Shown in pieces: positions 1 through 13,300 of a stretch of 64,000 bases of DNA (position 1 is its first letter; every line of letters begins with the position of its first letter). The stretch lies in contig CM120644.1 of assembly GCA_051362555.1 (NCBI GenBank), forward strand, positions 5,092,954 through 5,156,953. The letters are read 5' to 3'. Below the pieces are notes generated by a model. It made no database searches and was not told the origin of the DNA. It worked only from the letters and a program-made list of their open reading frames with translations. A program made the position numbers and the translations under genes. The DNA is from Lingula anatina. Lineage: Eukaryota > Animalia > Brachiopoda.

Positions 1-398
1 CCTTTACCCCAATGTGGCAGAGGGTACATTTACTTCATTGTGACAGAGGGTACATTTACCCCAATGTGGCAGAGGGTACATTTACTTCATTGTGACAGAG
101 GGTACATTTACCCCAATGTGGCAGAGGGTACCTTTACCCCAATGTGGCAGAGGGTACCTTTACCCCAATGTGGCAGAGGGTACTTTGACTCCAATGTGAC
201 AGAGGGCACATTTGCCCCAATGTGGCAGATGGTACCTTTACCCCAATGTGGCAGAGGGTACCTTTACCCCAATGTGGCAGAGGGTACCTTTACCCCAATG
301 TGGCAGAGGGTACCTTTACCCCAATGTGGCAGAGGGTACATTTACTCCAATGTGACAGAGGGCACATTTGCCCCAATGTGGCAGATGGTACCTTTACC
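1..398. repeat. 26-bp minisatellite (unit CCTTTACCCCAATGTGGCAGAGGGTA and variants), runs off the window start
   Basis: About 15 tandem copies read directly; explains the repetitive ORFs 40..459 and 222..437. Confidence 0.95.
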
Positions 399-3300
399 TA
401 CCTCACAGTCTGCAGGGGGGAGGGATCTCTCTTCTGAACATCACCATGTTATGGGATAAATACGCATATTAGGCACAAACTTAGCTTTAGAGTAATCGGT
501 GCACATGTCTGTTGGGCAACCCCTTATTCATAACTATGTTTATTTGTCACGTTAGTTCATATCTTATTTCTTATTTTGCACATGGTATGGCGGTGAACTA
601 CACAACACCATGTCCCTACTAAAATACAGGATACAAAATAGTGATCCCAGTAGAATGTAATACGCCGAATAATGCTTGTGTGTTCAAGGTTAATGTGGCG
701 AGAGGGTGGCAGCGCATTATTAGACATGAATATCAATTAAGGGAAAGAATTTGCGTTTCACCGAAAAACACACCTAAAACCAAATATAGCACTGTCACAT
801 AACATGGTAATGTAGACAGCTAACGCTACACTCGATGTGTTATGTGAACTTACTTCTGCTTGTTTGCAAGACAGTTCCTTTTGACTAACTTCTATCCACA
901 AACTAAGAAGGATCTCGAGGTCGTGCTGAACCCATCACTTTCAAGCATTTATTTAATATTCTTCGCATTTGATCAGTAATCCTTTGATTACAAACATATG
1001 TTAAAATTAAATCTATGGGTTGTTATTTTATGAAGTATTATTACTATATTACAGTACCTGTACCTGTACACCCGGACCAGTTGTGCCTCTGCTTTCAGTC
1101 ACCACGTGTAATAGACTTTACATGTAACAACCTGGTAACATATCTTCTAGTATCAGTGTAGAAGGCTTTACATATAACAACTTGATAATATATCTTGAGG
1201 TAAAGGCTTGATTCGTGTGGAAAGGGGGTGGGACCACAAACATATAAAATAGAAGAACCCATTTTTTACTTGTCACCATAGAGCATATACATCTACATGT
1301 ACAAAGGGCCCAACTTTTTGCAGTTTTTTATCTGACTTGATAATGACAGGACGACTGACAGGGTCAACCAAACAACAAGCGTTTATTTTGATAAAAAGCA
1401 TGCCTTTTAACTTACTCACTGTCCGCCTATTTATAGCCGGAATTCTATTAAGTATATTCAAATGTATTTTCACATATATGCTTCACAACAAAGCATGATA
1501 ACCGTGACTGCAATGTGGAACAGCGTCTATAAACAGCACGTATTATAATATAATGTTTCTAAATGGTATAAATCACCCTTCAATGTCTACATAATTACCC
1601 ATGGTTTATTTACCTGAGGTCAGGCGAACAGGATGCGCTTTTGTGGGGTCAACCATTCAGTAAAAGAAGTAGTTACGAGGGGATGTTGACGGGGAAATCC
1701 CCTTGCTCCCTCTCCCCACCGTGGGACAGGTGGGTGAGACCCCTTATCCCCCCCTCCTCCCCCGGCACCTGCACTCATGATAATAGCTAGTCATCCATTA
1801 CCTAACTCTGCCTGCGGTTCTTTGTGACAGAGTAGAGAAGTGATGTGTCTTGATTTTCCATTTTGATCTGCCGGGGTTGAAATATTCATCTCTGAACATT
1901 GTGTGTAATTATTAATGGCGGTTTCCAAGGCAATACCCGGATACTTGTCAATTCGTTAATATAAAGAACCTCATATGAAGAATATGTCCTACTATGCAAC
2001 CCACATGCGCTACCTTAATTCAGGACAAACAGAAGAAATGATGTCGTACTGGTACTAATATTATTATGATCTTTAAATATTTGATCATTTTCAATAACGC
2101 CGAGGTAGAATAACTGTTGAGGTAGAAGTTCCCCAATGGCAATTTTTCAATGATTTTGTTGGCTTTACCTGATAGACTGTTTGTGTGGCTACATTGATGT
2201 ATTCAAATTGTTATTAGCGAAAATTTTATGCTAAGTGTAAAAACTTTTCTTGCCTCCTGGGTGTGTGTGTGGGTGCTGGGTCCCACACCTACTTATGCGT
2301 GCGCTTGCAAATTGTGTCAGTACCGTATGTACATGTAATATGGCACACAAAGTCTCTACTTTTATTGTGGAAGACCGCTTGGATTTGATTTCAAAAACCA
2401 CCCTTACCCCCCCCCCCACACACACACACACTCCTCCGAACATGGGTTCTTTTTAGAGCGTTTTCTAGCACAACTCAACCGTCAGACCACTGATAGTTGG
2501 CACGAGTGAGGCGCTTGCAGCTTCAAAAAATTTAATTTTAGTTTTGGTGATGGTTAACATAAAAACAGGGCCGGATTTAAATATCTTGCTGCTTTAAGCT
2601 CTCCTAGCACCATGGTTTATTATACAGGAGCAGCTATCTTGTGACAGGCACATTTATGCTCATGAAAATTCCCATTGTTATACACGTGTATTTCTCATAT
2701 ATTCTCTCCTTTTCTACTTTGCTTTTGATCTTTGCTCTCTGTCATCCAAATATCATTTTCCCTTTTTTCTAAAACTTTTTCCTTTACATATAGAAAGATT
2801 TTCATTCTAGCAGCTTGGTTCCGAAGCACGTGTTTAGTCTGCTTACACATAAATCCTACCCTGCATAGCAGTGGCAAATAATTAAACCTTTGAGTAAAAT
2901 TGTTGGTGTTGGATGAAACCGCTAATTGTGTTAGTAGTGAGACCAGTACAACAAACACATCTGGAAAGGACTGGCTTCAAATGAAAACGTATGACGAAAA
3001 TATCAACGTTTGATCACAAGCTGAAATATATATTTCAAAAGTCAATGAAACTCACTGAACGCGAATTCATTGTTGGAACCAAGCACTTTTCACTATAAGA
3101 AACTTACTGCAAGGCCATTGAACATCCGCAACCTCAAAAGTCCTTACAGTATGTAAAGCCAGAAAAGACAAACCAGTGGGATGCAAAGCGCAACATCATT
3201 ATATATAAATATATGTGAAAATTGTTTCATAGATGGGTAACATTTTAATGAACACACTTGAGCGAACATGATGAATGACTTATTGTTTTAAATATAATTA

Positions 3301-3800
3301 TGTGAATTGAAAATGGTGTTCAGGAGATACGCCACTGAAGGTAAGTAAACATAAAGGACAAATGAAAAGTCAGCAATCCCGTAATCTATAGCTTGATGAG
3401 AAAAAAATTGGTGTCAGCCGTGTATCAAAGACCAGACATAAAGTCTGGCTTACTACTGCCGTCAGATGAGCTACTATTGTCTGGCATATAAGCTCGAATA
3501 CAGGAGAGGTGTGTGCAGGTCTTTCATCTTACCCGTCAAAGCAAAACTCGATCACAGATTCAAAACTTCAAACAATTGTTTTCCCGGGCGCCTGCCCTCA
3601 GCTACACTACCGTGCCAGCATTCGCTGTTTCAGCCTCAACTCAAAGCGGCAGGAACCATGTAATATCACCAGAGGGTTTCCAGCACCCACAGATTTCGGG
3701 AGAATTTAACATTGCAGTCACACCTGCCGTTTTCATTGTGCTGAATAACGGAGTTGAAGAAGGAAGAGCACATGTATTCTTGGACTGTAAAATTGCCAAG

Positions 3801-6800
3801 ATGTGTGTAATAATCATTTGCTTCCTGACATTTTCGAGTAAGTACAGTGAATAATATACAGTAAAATGAAGATTGGCTTGTTGATTACTGGTTTATGTAT
3901 ATATATTTTTCATATATACATGTATGTTTATGTATTCAATAGCGCAATACATTTACTAGTACAAAGGTTTTTCTTAGCAGTTGGTCAACAGCATTTGTCT
4001 GAGGTTTTCATCTACCAGGGGAGCTCTAGCTGGAAGGGAGGGGGTCGCAAAAAGGTGTAGTTCTCAAAGGCTCTGTACATGTGTGTGTATATGTTGATTG
4101 TAAAAGATGAATATTCTTATTCTTATCAAGAGCTATGAGAAATTGTAGGGCACTGGTATTACCTCCAATTTTTGTACAGCTCCCTGCTCAGGGAGTAACT
4201 GCGTGATAAGGGTAATTTTTCCTGGAAAATGCCCTTAATTGTACAGATGTAATATTTACAATCCTCCTTACCCGTTTCGCTTTGTTCCGAAAACAAAACG
4301 TGTTCATAAGTCTATATTTGGTTGCGATCATTTTATTTTATTTAATAATTGGTCCACAATGAAATACATGTTTTATAATAAGTTCTAGTTACAATAAGAG
4401 TGTAATTATGTCGAGAGGCAGACGGGCTCGTCGATCAGATATACATGCATTAGGTCGGTACAGAATGTCTGTGTGCTCCTTGATGTTTTAAAATATCAAT
4501 AGGTACGTAAGGGCACCACTTGTTTATCTTCATTGGTTTATTTATGGACTATTCTACACGTGAATTGTTTTACATACTGTCGAATATAAAGTGTATTTTG
4601 TCACATTTCTTACGCCAGTTCTGCTTCCCATATTGTGACCAAATCATCATCCGTAAAATACCAATTGAAAACTTTAGATTATTTTAAAGCCTTGGCGAAG
4701 ACAAATACTAAATTTATATAAAATATAACAAACAACTAATTAACCCTTTTTTTAAACTAGACCAAAATATGTCAATGTCACTTTACTCCAACCGCTGGCA
4801 ATTAGCACATCTTCAGGCAATCTTCAAGTTCTGGCAAACAAAATCAATACCTTTTTTCATAGTGTCAGCCAAGACCTGTCACCTTTACAACCTGATGGAA
4901 ATGCCCAGCAGAGTTGTATAGTACCTGACAAATTTGTTATCTGCACAGCGGATGTAGAAAAATTACTATCCAAAGTAAAGCTTTCTAAAGCTATAGGCCC
5001 AGACCAAATTCCAAATTAGATTCTCAGATACTTTGCAGACTACTTGTCAAAACCACTTTGTGCAATTTTCAATAGCTCAGTAAGGGATGGTTGCATACCA
5101 AAAATTTGGAAATTTGCAGAGATAATACCCATTCCAAAAGTGAATCAGCCAAAGGTAGAGTCAGATCTTAGACCTATATCACTAACACCAGTTCTAAGTA
5201 AAATTTAGGAGTCTTTTGTTACAAAGTGGGTTACAGATGGTCTGCACATTGATAGAGCACAGTCTGGTGGTATTCAAAATAGTTCAACTACTCATGCCTT
5301 AGTTGAATTGACTCATAAATTACTAGGAGGACTTGAACCATCCCCCACAACAAAGTCTTATGCTCAGGTGTTATTTTTAGATTTTGCTAAAGCCTTCGAC
5401 ATGATTGATCACAATATCTTAATGAAAAAATTAGACATTCAAGGGGTACCAGACTTCGTAAGACTTTGGATTTATTCCTTCCTTTGCGAACGGTTGCAAC
5501 GAGTAAAATGCATTAGCTTTAAATCTGATTGGGTTCAGCTAGTGGGGGGAGTGCCTCAGGGCACTAAATTAGGTCCCATTCTTTTCCTTGCAATGATAAA
5601 TGATCTGCAAACTTGTTGTTCAGACATTAAGTTTGTCAATGATACCTCCATTTAAGAAATTTGCAAATTTGGCAAAACACCGCATCTACCACAAGCAATA
5701 GACCAATTGGCTGACTCGGTCAAGCAAAACAAGATAAAACTTAATGTAAAGAAGACTAAATCGATGGACATTAATTTTACCAAGAACTGTAATCTTACAA
5801 TACCAACATTGGAAATAGATGGTGAACCTGTAGAAAAGGTCAAAAAGTTTAAGATACTTGGTGTTATTTTAACCCCAGACCTCAAGTGGGCTGAACACAT
5901 CCAAATCATGTATGCTAAGGCATGTTTAAAGCTCTTTTATCTCAGACAGCTAAAGAGGGCAAAACTGGACATACAAGATTTATTAACTATTTACCAGTCT
6001 GTAATAAGATCAGTTTTAGAATATGCCTGTCCAGTATGGGGACCATGTCTGACTGCTGAGCAATCTGAATGTCTAGAGTCAGTTCAAAAGAGAACCTTAA
6101 GGATTATTTGCCCTGGTCTCAGTTATGATGATGCCTTAAAAGTTTGTAACATTGACACCCTAGACAAACGTAGACATTTGCTGTATCAGAGGCTTTATAC
6201 AAAATTTAAAAATTGTGAAAAGTTAGGACATTTATTGCCTAAAAGAAACACCCGCCCTTTACGAAACAACACCAGATTCTTACAACCAAAAGTGAAGACG
6301 GAACGTTTTAAAAATTCCTTTATTAATTATTGCCTTTTTAACTTGTAGTAATTTATGGATGCCTTTTTAATTTGTAGTGTTTTAAGAATAATTTATTGTT
6401 TTATAATTTAAAGTTTATTGTCAATTTCTTTTAAACATTCTTTGTACAACTTCAAACTTAGGGTTGCAACTTTATCTAATAAATTATTATTATTATAATC
6501 ATTATATAAAATGCGACCTCAATTACCTGATCTTACTGGCTGGCAAGTAGACCCTATACTTAACTTTTCAATCTGTGTTGTATACATATTTGTTTTTGAT
6601 AATCTAAGTTCGATCAGAGCAAAAGCAAAAACGAATTACGTCCATGATATGCTTCACTTAGTTGTCAATGAGTGGTATTTAGAAAAGACAGGGCGCCAAG
6701 AGCTGTCACTTCTTGTAAAAATTACACCTCTTATTTGGAATAGCTGTTCGAGAGCGTGCGCTGAGACTATTATTGACAAAGGTAAAATATAGACTATAGT

Positions 6801-7320
6801 ATTTACTTTGAAACACTATTAATTGACTACGCCTTAGGAGTATTTGCTGACTAATGAAGTTCAAAAAAGAAAATATTCTTTTTTCTTTTTTTTTTTGTAA
6901 ATTGGATCCTACACTACCAATCTCGAAACCCTGAGTCACGTAATGAGGGTCATTGACAGATTATGTGTTTTTATTTGATGCACTAGACATCAAATATTTT
7001 TGTTACACCAGCAGACATACCAGCATCAGACATGGTTAATAGTGATGGAAATCAGACCGCATCCAAAAACGTTTGTCGCGGGATAGTTCATAAGAACCCG
7101 TGTAATGGCAATCACTAATATAAAGATTTATTTCAGCATGAGAAGAGAGTACTAAAATATTAGATCTTCGATCAGAATACGCTAAATGTTCACTTAACAT
7201 AGCAAACAAACTCACATTTCACTCATGTCAGGGTGTCTTCATATACGGATACATGTATATATGGATACATACAGCCATCATATAATATTAGAAAAATAAA
7301 GCTTTGTAAACGACTGCGTT

Positions 7321-7365
<45 letters not shown>

Positions 7366-10300
7366 AAGAGAGAGATGGGGGGTCAGCAAGGTTACATCGT
7401 TCACGCCAATTCAGTTTATTCACCCTAAATGACTTTGTAAGTATACAGCTGTCTTTATTTTCTCCACAACCAGTGGCCAGGGCCCAGGATTCTTGCCCAG
7501 ATAAAGACTCGAAACTAGCACAATGGAGACCGGGAGACATTCCACACACTGATGTCACCATCGCCAATGGCAACCTATATCTGCTGGACCAATCAGCAAC
7601 AGTAAAAAGCATAACAGTTCAGGATGGAGGTGGGTCCACTGGAGCTTGTACGACACGTGCTTTCAACTCCTGACAAGCATTTAAAAAATAATAGTCGAAA
7701 TCGTCGTTTAGAGTTAAATATATGAAATAGTGCATCAAAATATATTCTATTGCCGTCTGATTTGGTATTACTTAACTAATTTATTACTTAACTTATTTAA
7801 CCATAAGCTTTATGCTTTATCAATCTAAACACTAATATATCAAATTTGATAAAAACGAAAGTTTTGTTTTCCGGGTATTGCATTCACACCAGTCCCATCA
7901 GTAATATGCTAGGTTATTGTAAATTATGGGAAAAAATCCATTATATTCGACAATGAACAATCAATTAACGGCCAAGTGAATTATGAAATATTTTACTATC
8001 CCTCCCAGGTAAACTAGTGATCAAAGACGGCGTGGCCCCGATCATCGTGAAAACAAAACACATTCTTATCGAGGACGGTGGAGAGATGCACATTGGAAGT
8101 CCTGGTTGTAGGTAAGGTTTTAATGACTCCACTACTAGAAGTGTCACCCCCTAAATCAGAGTAATCAAAGTAGGCAGATCTTGGGTAGTCACTACTTGTG
8201 ACCAATGAGTATAAAACCGCTGTACCATGCAATTTTATTGTTGGTCTTTTGTGTAATTTGATGTTAATAACATGATAACAGGAGCATATCATTCCACAGT
8301 CATATATCTCCCTCAAAGTATTGGTTCAGTAGGGGTGTCACATCTGTTGTCCAGTGTGTGTATAAATACTATGTGTACCCTGTATTTATATACATCTTTA
8401 CAAATTGCAAGCTTTATATAGCACGAAATGAAGACAATTAAATTCACATTAGAATATGAGGCAATACCTGTAGAACGAAGTGGCTTGAGCCCCCTTTACA
8501 CCTTGGTCGGGGTCCTTTCTGCGTCCCTTAGAGTAAAAAAGTAATACTTTGCGTACCGACAACTGGCCGGTCATTGAGTATTCATTCTGCAACCAAAGCG
8601 ATGCTGGTGCCTCGTTTTTACGACCACAGCGATGCCAGTTTCATGGTCGCACAAAGGACACAGAAAGGACGCCGTTCATTGTTAAGGGGAGTTAACACAC
8701 ACACACACACACACATATATAATGCTTTTTTGGTGGCTTTTGAACAGGTACCAAGGAAAGGTAACCATCATCCTCCAAGGCAAGTCAACTGACTCCGGTG
8801 AGAATCCAGATTTCGGCAGGAAGTTTATTGGTGTCAGTAAAGGTGGTACCTTGGAAATTCACGGCAAGACAAAAACAGCTTGGACCTTTCTGGAAGGGCA
8901 CCTCAAAGGTAAGGGATATGCGTAGGTCACATGTATGAAAATAAAATGACGCACATATAGAGGGTCTGGCATCGTGTGTTTAATAAGCCCGAAAACTTCC
9001 AGAAAATAACAACTCGTTTGAATAAAGGTCTTACTAAATCACAGATACGCACGCTCGGTTTAAATTTTACCTTGGAAAAACTGGTATTGTTTTATATAAT
9101 TTTTTTTTGCACATAACACTTATATCATACGTGATAAGACATTTTATCATTGACGACATTGCGGTAAAAAGCCTTATTTCGCTATACAAAATACTATTGG
9201 TGATAAATGTTACACAGCCTTATACTTTTTAATATCATTAATTTTAAATAGTGACTAATTTGTAGGGCCACTTGAAGAAGGAGCCCAAATTGAAGACTCC
9301 ATGCAGCGCGGGTTAAACGTGCGTGTTATAGATAAGGCCACGGGCAATATCACTGCCCGGGAACGATTTGACACGTACGGCGACGAGGAGGCCTCAAAGC
9401 GACTGATTGATTTCATCACAGAACAGAAAGGTAAGACTCTTTTCATGGTCTTAATTACCATCATGCGCCCTGCTTTATCATGACGTTGGGATCAACCCCC
9501 CTTCCCCATATCCCCTGAGATCTGTCTTTAGTAATTCTCGGCATATCTGTCGCCATTCTATGTCCCATCCAATATGTCCCGTTCGCTTTCTACATTTTTT
9601 CCTCGTTGTCTTCCTATCCTTCTTTTTCCTTCTAACTTTCCGGCTATATAATTTGAATCAAAATAGGGGGCCTATTGGTGGTGCTTTGTTTGTAAAAAAT
9701 AAGATAAAGAGCGAGGATAGATATCTCAAACGGAGAATTTTACATGTAATAGCAGAATTTGCACATTTACCAGACGTGTACAATGTATATTATCTGAACG
9801 TAGATGGAGCCATAATTACAATAGCAGTGTTTGACGAGGCGTCTAAGAGGCTTTACGATGAAGCTGAAACATTGTTGACCAATATGGGAAGCGGAGAGGT
9901 AACAAAGATCGGCTTTCGGTAAGTTTTTTTAGTAAAAAAATGATAATAATAAAAAATAATGCTGAATCTTATTTATTTCTTTTAATCAAAAGATTCCGAG
10001 AGGCCTAGAATAATCGAACGCACTGTGATTATGTGAACACTGATCAGCAGGCCAAATCTGAAATAAGGTTAAAACGAACACGATTTTAACGTTAGGCCAT
10101 CTGGTAGATTGTTTGGTCTGGGTGGTTACTGATGCAACTGTTTATTACGCCAAATACTTCAGAAAACTCTGCAATGCATGTGTAACTTTATACCAAAGTG
10201 TATGGCTACGCATATTTGTATTTGCTTCCAAATTCATGGTTTTAAAAGAGAGATCATTAAAATGATACAGTGAAGTAGGAAGAACGAAAAGCGCTCTGAT

Positions 10301-13300
10301 GGTCCTTTTTTTGTGATGCATTTGTTAACAAGGCTTCGTCCTGGTCACATATATCGTTCCGTCTACCGCTATCCCGTGCATTCCTCCTTTTTTCACAAAC
10401 ACCGACTTACGCTGTCCTTTATAAATAATTATAACATTGCACATGAGGGCAGAACAGGTAGAACAAACTAAACATGATATTGTTTTTGTCAGACAGGTCG
10501 AAAACAACCCGTTGGAGATTTGTGTAGTAGACTAGCCTCTAATAATAATAATTAAAAAAGCAGTTGATATGTTCATAAATGGCTTTTAAGTACATATTTT
10601 TTTGGATAATGTCTTTTTTTTTAAAAAAATTAATTTTTTTTGTATGGTTCTGTTTTGATATTTGGTTTATTCGTTCGGCATTCTGAGAACTTTTGGGCCA
10701 TATAAAATAATTGTTTATATTACATAACCCAAACGCCATAATACTATTTAAATGACGTTTTACTTCACTTAAGGCACCCATGGGCGTTCATTGCTGTTAA
10801 AGGATCTTCGTCAGAAACCGTTGAAGAACGAATAAAATACATAAGTAAGTGCATATTATCATTAATTCTTTCTAAATTACTATATGACGCGAAAAATATT
10901 TTCCATGTTGTTGCCTTGTCTGTTTTGGGAAGTTGGGATTAATTGTATTTTATTTTTCAGACAAAATGAACATATTCAAAATCTCACTGGGTTTTAAACT
11001 GTACGCATGTAAACTAACTCGCCCCATTAATTTATACAGGGCGAAGTTAACAAATTTCGTTGTTCAGACAGATATATTCTTTTAAGACGTTTTGGATTAT
11101 ATTTAAGACACAGAGACAACCCACTACGCCACGGCTGAAAAAGTTTTCGCCAATGACAGGGGTCAATTCCGTGTCTACGTGAAAAGCGGATGGGACGGTG
11201 AGCTGCCTTTATTTTCCGTTCAACATTATGAGTCGATCCTATTCGATACTAAAATGTTACTGCTGATATGCAGTATGTGTTTTATAGTCCTGAATTTCGA
11301 TATTGGATCGTGCTCTGAATACACATATGGGATTGTTATTATCTTATGTATTCCTTTTTCATGTTTTAATTTCTTTTACGCCAACATATTATGCACATGT
11401 ATTAATATTTTGTCCTTCGTACGCTTGGTACATGCCTTCAATGATTTGTTTTCAGTATTTTAATGTCCGTTTAGCTCTCTGATATACATACTGGTGAAAA
11501 CACAGAGTTATGAAAAATATTGATACCAGTAGTAATAAGGCGGTGCATTGTTTGTGTCACACAGGAACAAAAGGATGGGCAAGCTCTGCAATCGAGCTGA
11601 CTGACGTAACAGAAGGATACGTGATCACTCTCGCAGATGACGTCAGCAGTTGGGATGAAGGAGATCGTATAGTAATCAGTAGTACCGATTTTTCCATGTA
11701 TCAGGCGGAAGAATTTCTTATTGGAAAATGTGAAAGTTGTAACCGTAATCAAGTCAATATCATGGGTAAGCTTTTACCTGTTAGTGCGTATAATGACTAT
11801 AATAAAGATGCCATGATTCGGTGCAGCAACTTTACTATTTCATGAGATAATTGTCATGCTCCGGATAAATACTGTTCGTGATCGTCGTCTTTCGTAAAGC
11901 CTAGGTCCCAACCGAACGTATGGGCTGCTACGTGTGCCACAGTGGTCTACGGGCAAAAAATGGGGAAAACGTGGGAGTTCGTGAGTGAGGAGCACGTCCA
12001 TCGTGCGACTTTTGGAGGACGCAAACAGCACGTAGTAACTTTTCGACATGATCAACAGCCGCTATACGTGCGATCTAGCTACGTCCTAGCCGGACGCAAG
12101 GAACCAAAAAAACTGTGCGTCCAAAACGTAGTTGGGACCTGGGCTTTAATGTGAAATTGTAAAAAAACACTCTTAAGAAGAGAGCAATCGTCAAATCTTA
12201 TGCAATATCCAAGATAAATATAGATACGTAATGTTTCTATATTTGGGTTTAAGAGATTGAAACCGTGGTAACCTTAATTATTTTCAGGTCCAGTCAAGTA
12301 TTTTCATTTTGGCGGGTCATCGTACGGCGTGGACATGCGCGCTGAGGTTGGACTCCTCAGCAGAAATATCCTGATTAAGGGAGAAATGGAGCCAAGCTGT
12401 TATGGGGAAAATTTCTGCCAGTTCTTCGACTACGACACATTTGGTGGTCACTTGAGGGTAAATTAAAATTATTCGTTATACCTCGCCTTTTTCGTGATTA
12501 TTAAATTTGTAATTGGGAATATTTCGATCAATGCCGTATCTCCGTCCATGTTACTCAAAGGTAGGCCTACTTGCATCTTACTATAGTCGTGTTTTGATTC
12601 TTAAAATTTATTTTCAATCGGAATGGCTTTTAATTTAAGCGGACTAGTTATATGTCGGACTTGAACATTTTAATGGAGTAGAATCTTGAAGCTAATAAAT
12701 ATAGTAATATTTTACGGGGACTTTCTTGTTTCCAGGTCCTCAAAGGTTTCAAATCAGTCCATCTCTCAGGAATAGAGGTGTTTAATATGGGCCAGCAGAT
12801 TCTTGGCAGGTATCCCATCCATTTCCACATCTGTGGTGACGTCGACGAACTCGGTGGATACACCAATCCTACTTGGGTTAAAGACCTGTCCATCCATCAC
12901 TGCTTCAGTCGCTGTGTCACAATCCATGCTACAAATGGTTTATTGGTACGTAATTCTTTAAGATTATTTATGTTTCACAAGTGGCTGTATTGGGTAAACT
13001 CCTTTGCCCTTAAATTTCAATAAATTAAAAGCATACGAGGTTAAAGGTAAATATTTTCTTATGAAAAAGACGAATGAGCGTAATTACCATCATAGTATTA
13101 CAAGTGAATCTCCTAGGTTCACAGTGTCGTTGGTTATGATACACTGGGACATTGCTTCTTCCTGGAGGACGGCAATGAACAAAGGAATACTCTGGACCAT
13201 AACCTGGGTCTCCTCACCAAACCAGGCACCCTCCTCCCGTCTGATAGGGACACTAACATGTGTGAGAATATGTTGGACAACGTGATCCCAGGATATAAAC

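Noticed and set aside
1-398. CRISPR-like array
   Set aside because: Head-to-tail units with no unique spacers, no cas genes, and a eukaryotic context.
40-459. 139-aa and 71-aa repetitive ORFs
   Set aside because: Translation of a 26-bp minisatellite; the same peptide cycles through all three frames.
1691-1702. NF-kB-like site GGGGAAATCCCC upstream of paralog 1
   Set aside because: A single short motif ~2.1 kb from the ATG; could occur by chance.
3313-3346. ATG...GAAG|GTAAGT as an alternative first exon of paralog 1
   Set aside because: Phase-compatible with exon 2 but encodes no signal peptide and has no counterpart in paralog 2; unsupported without transcripts.
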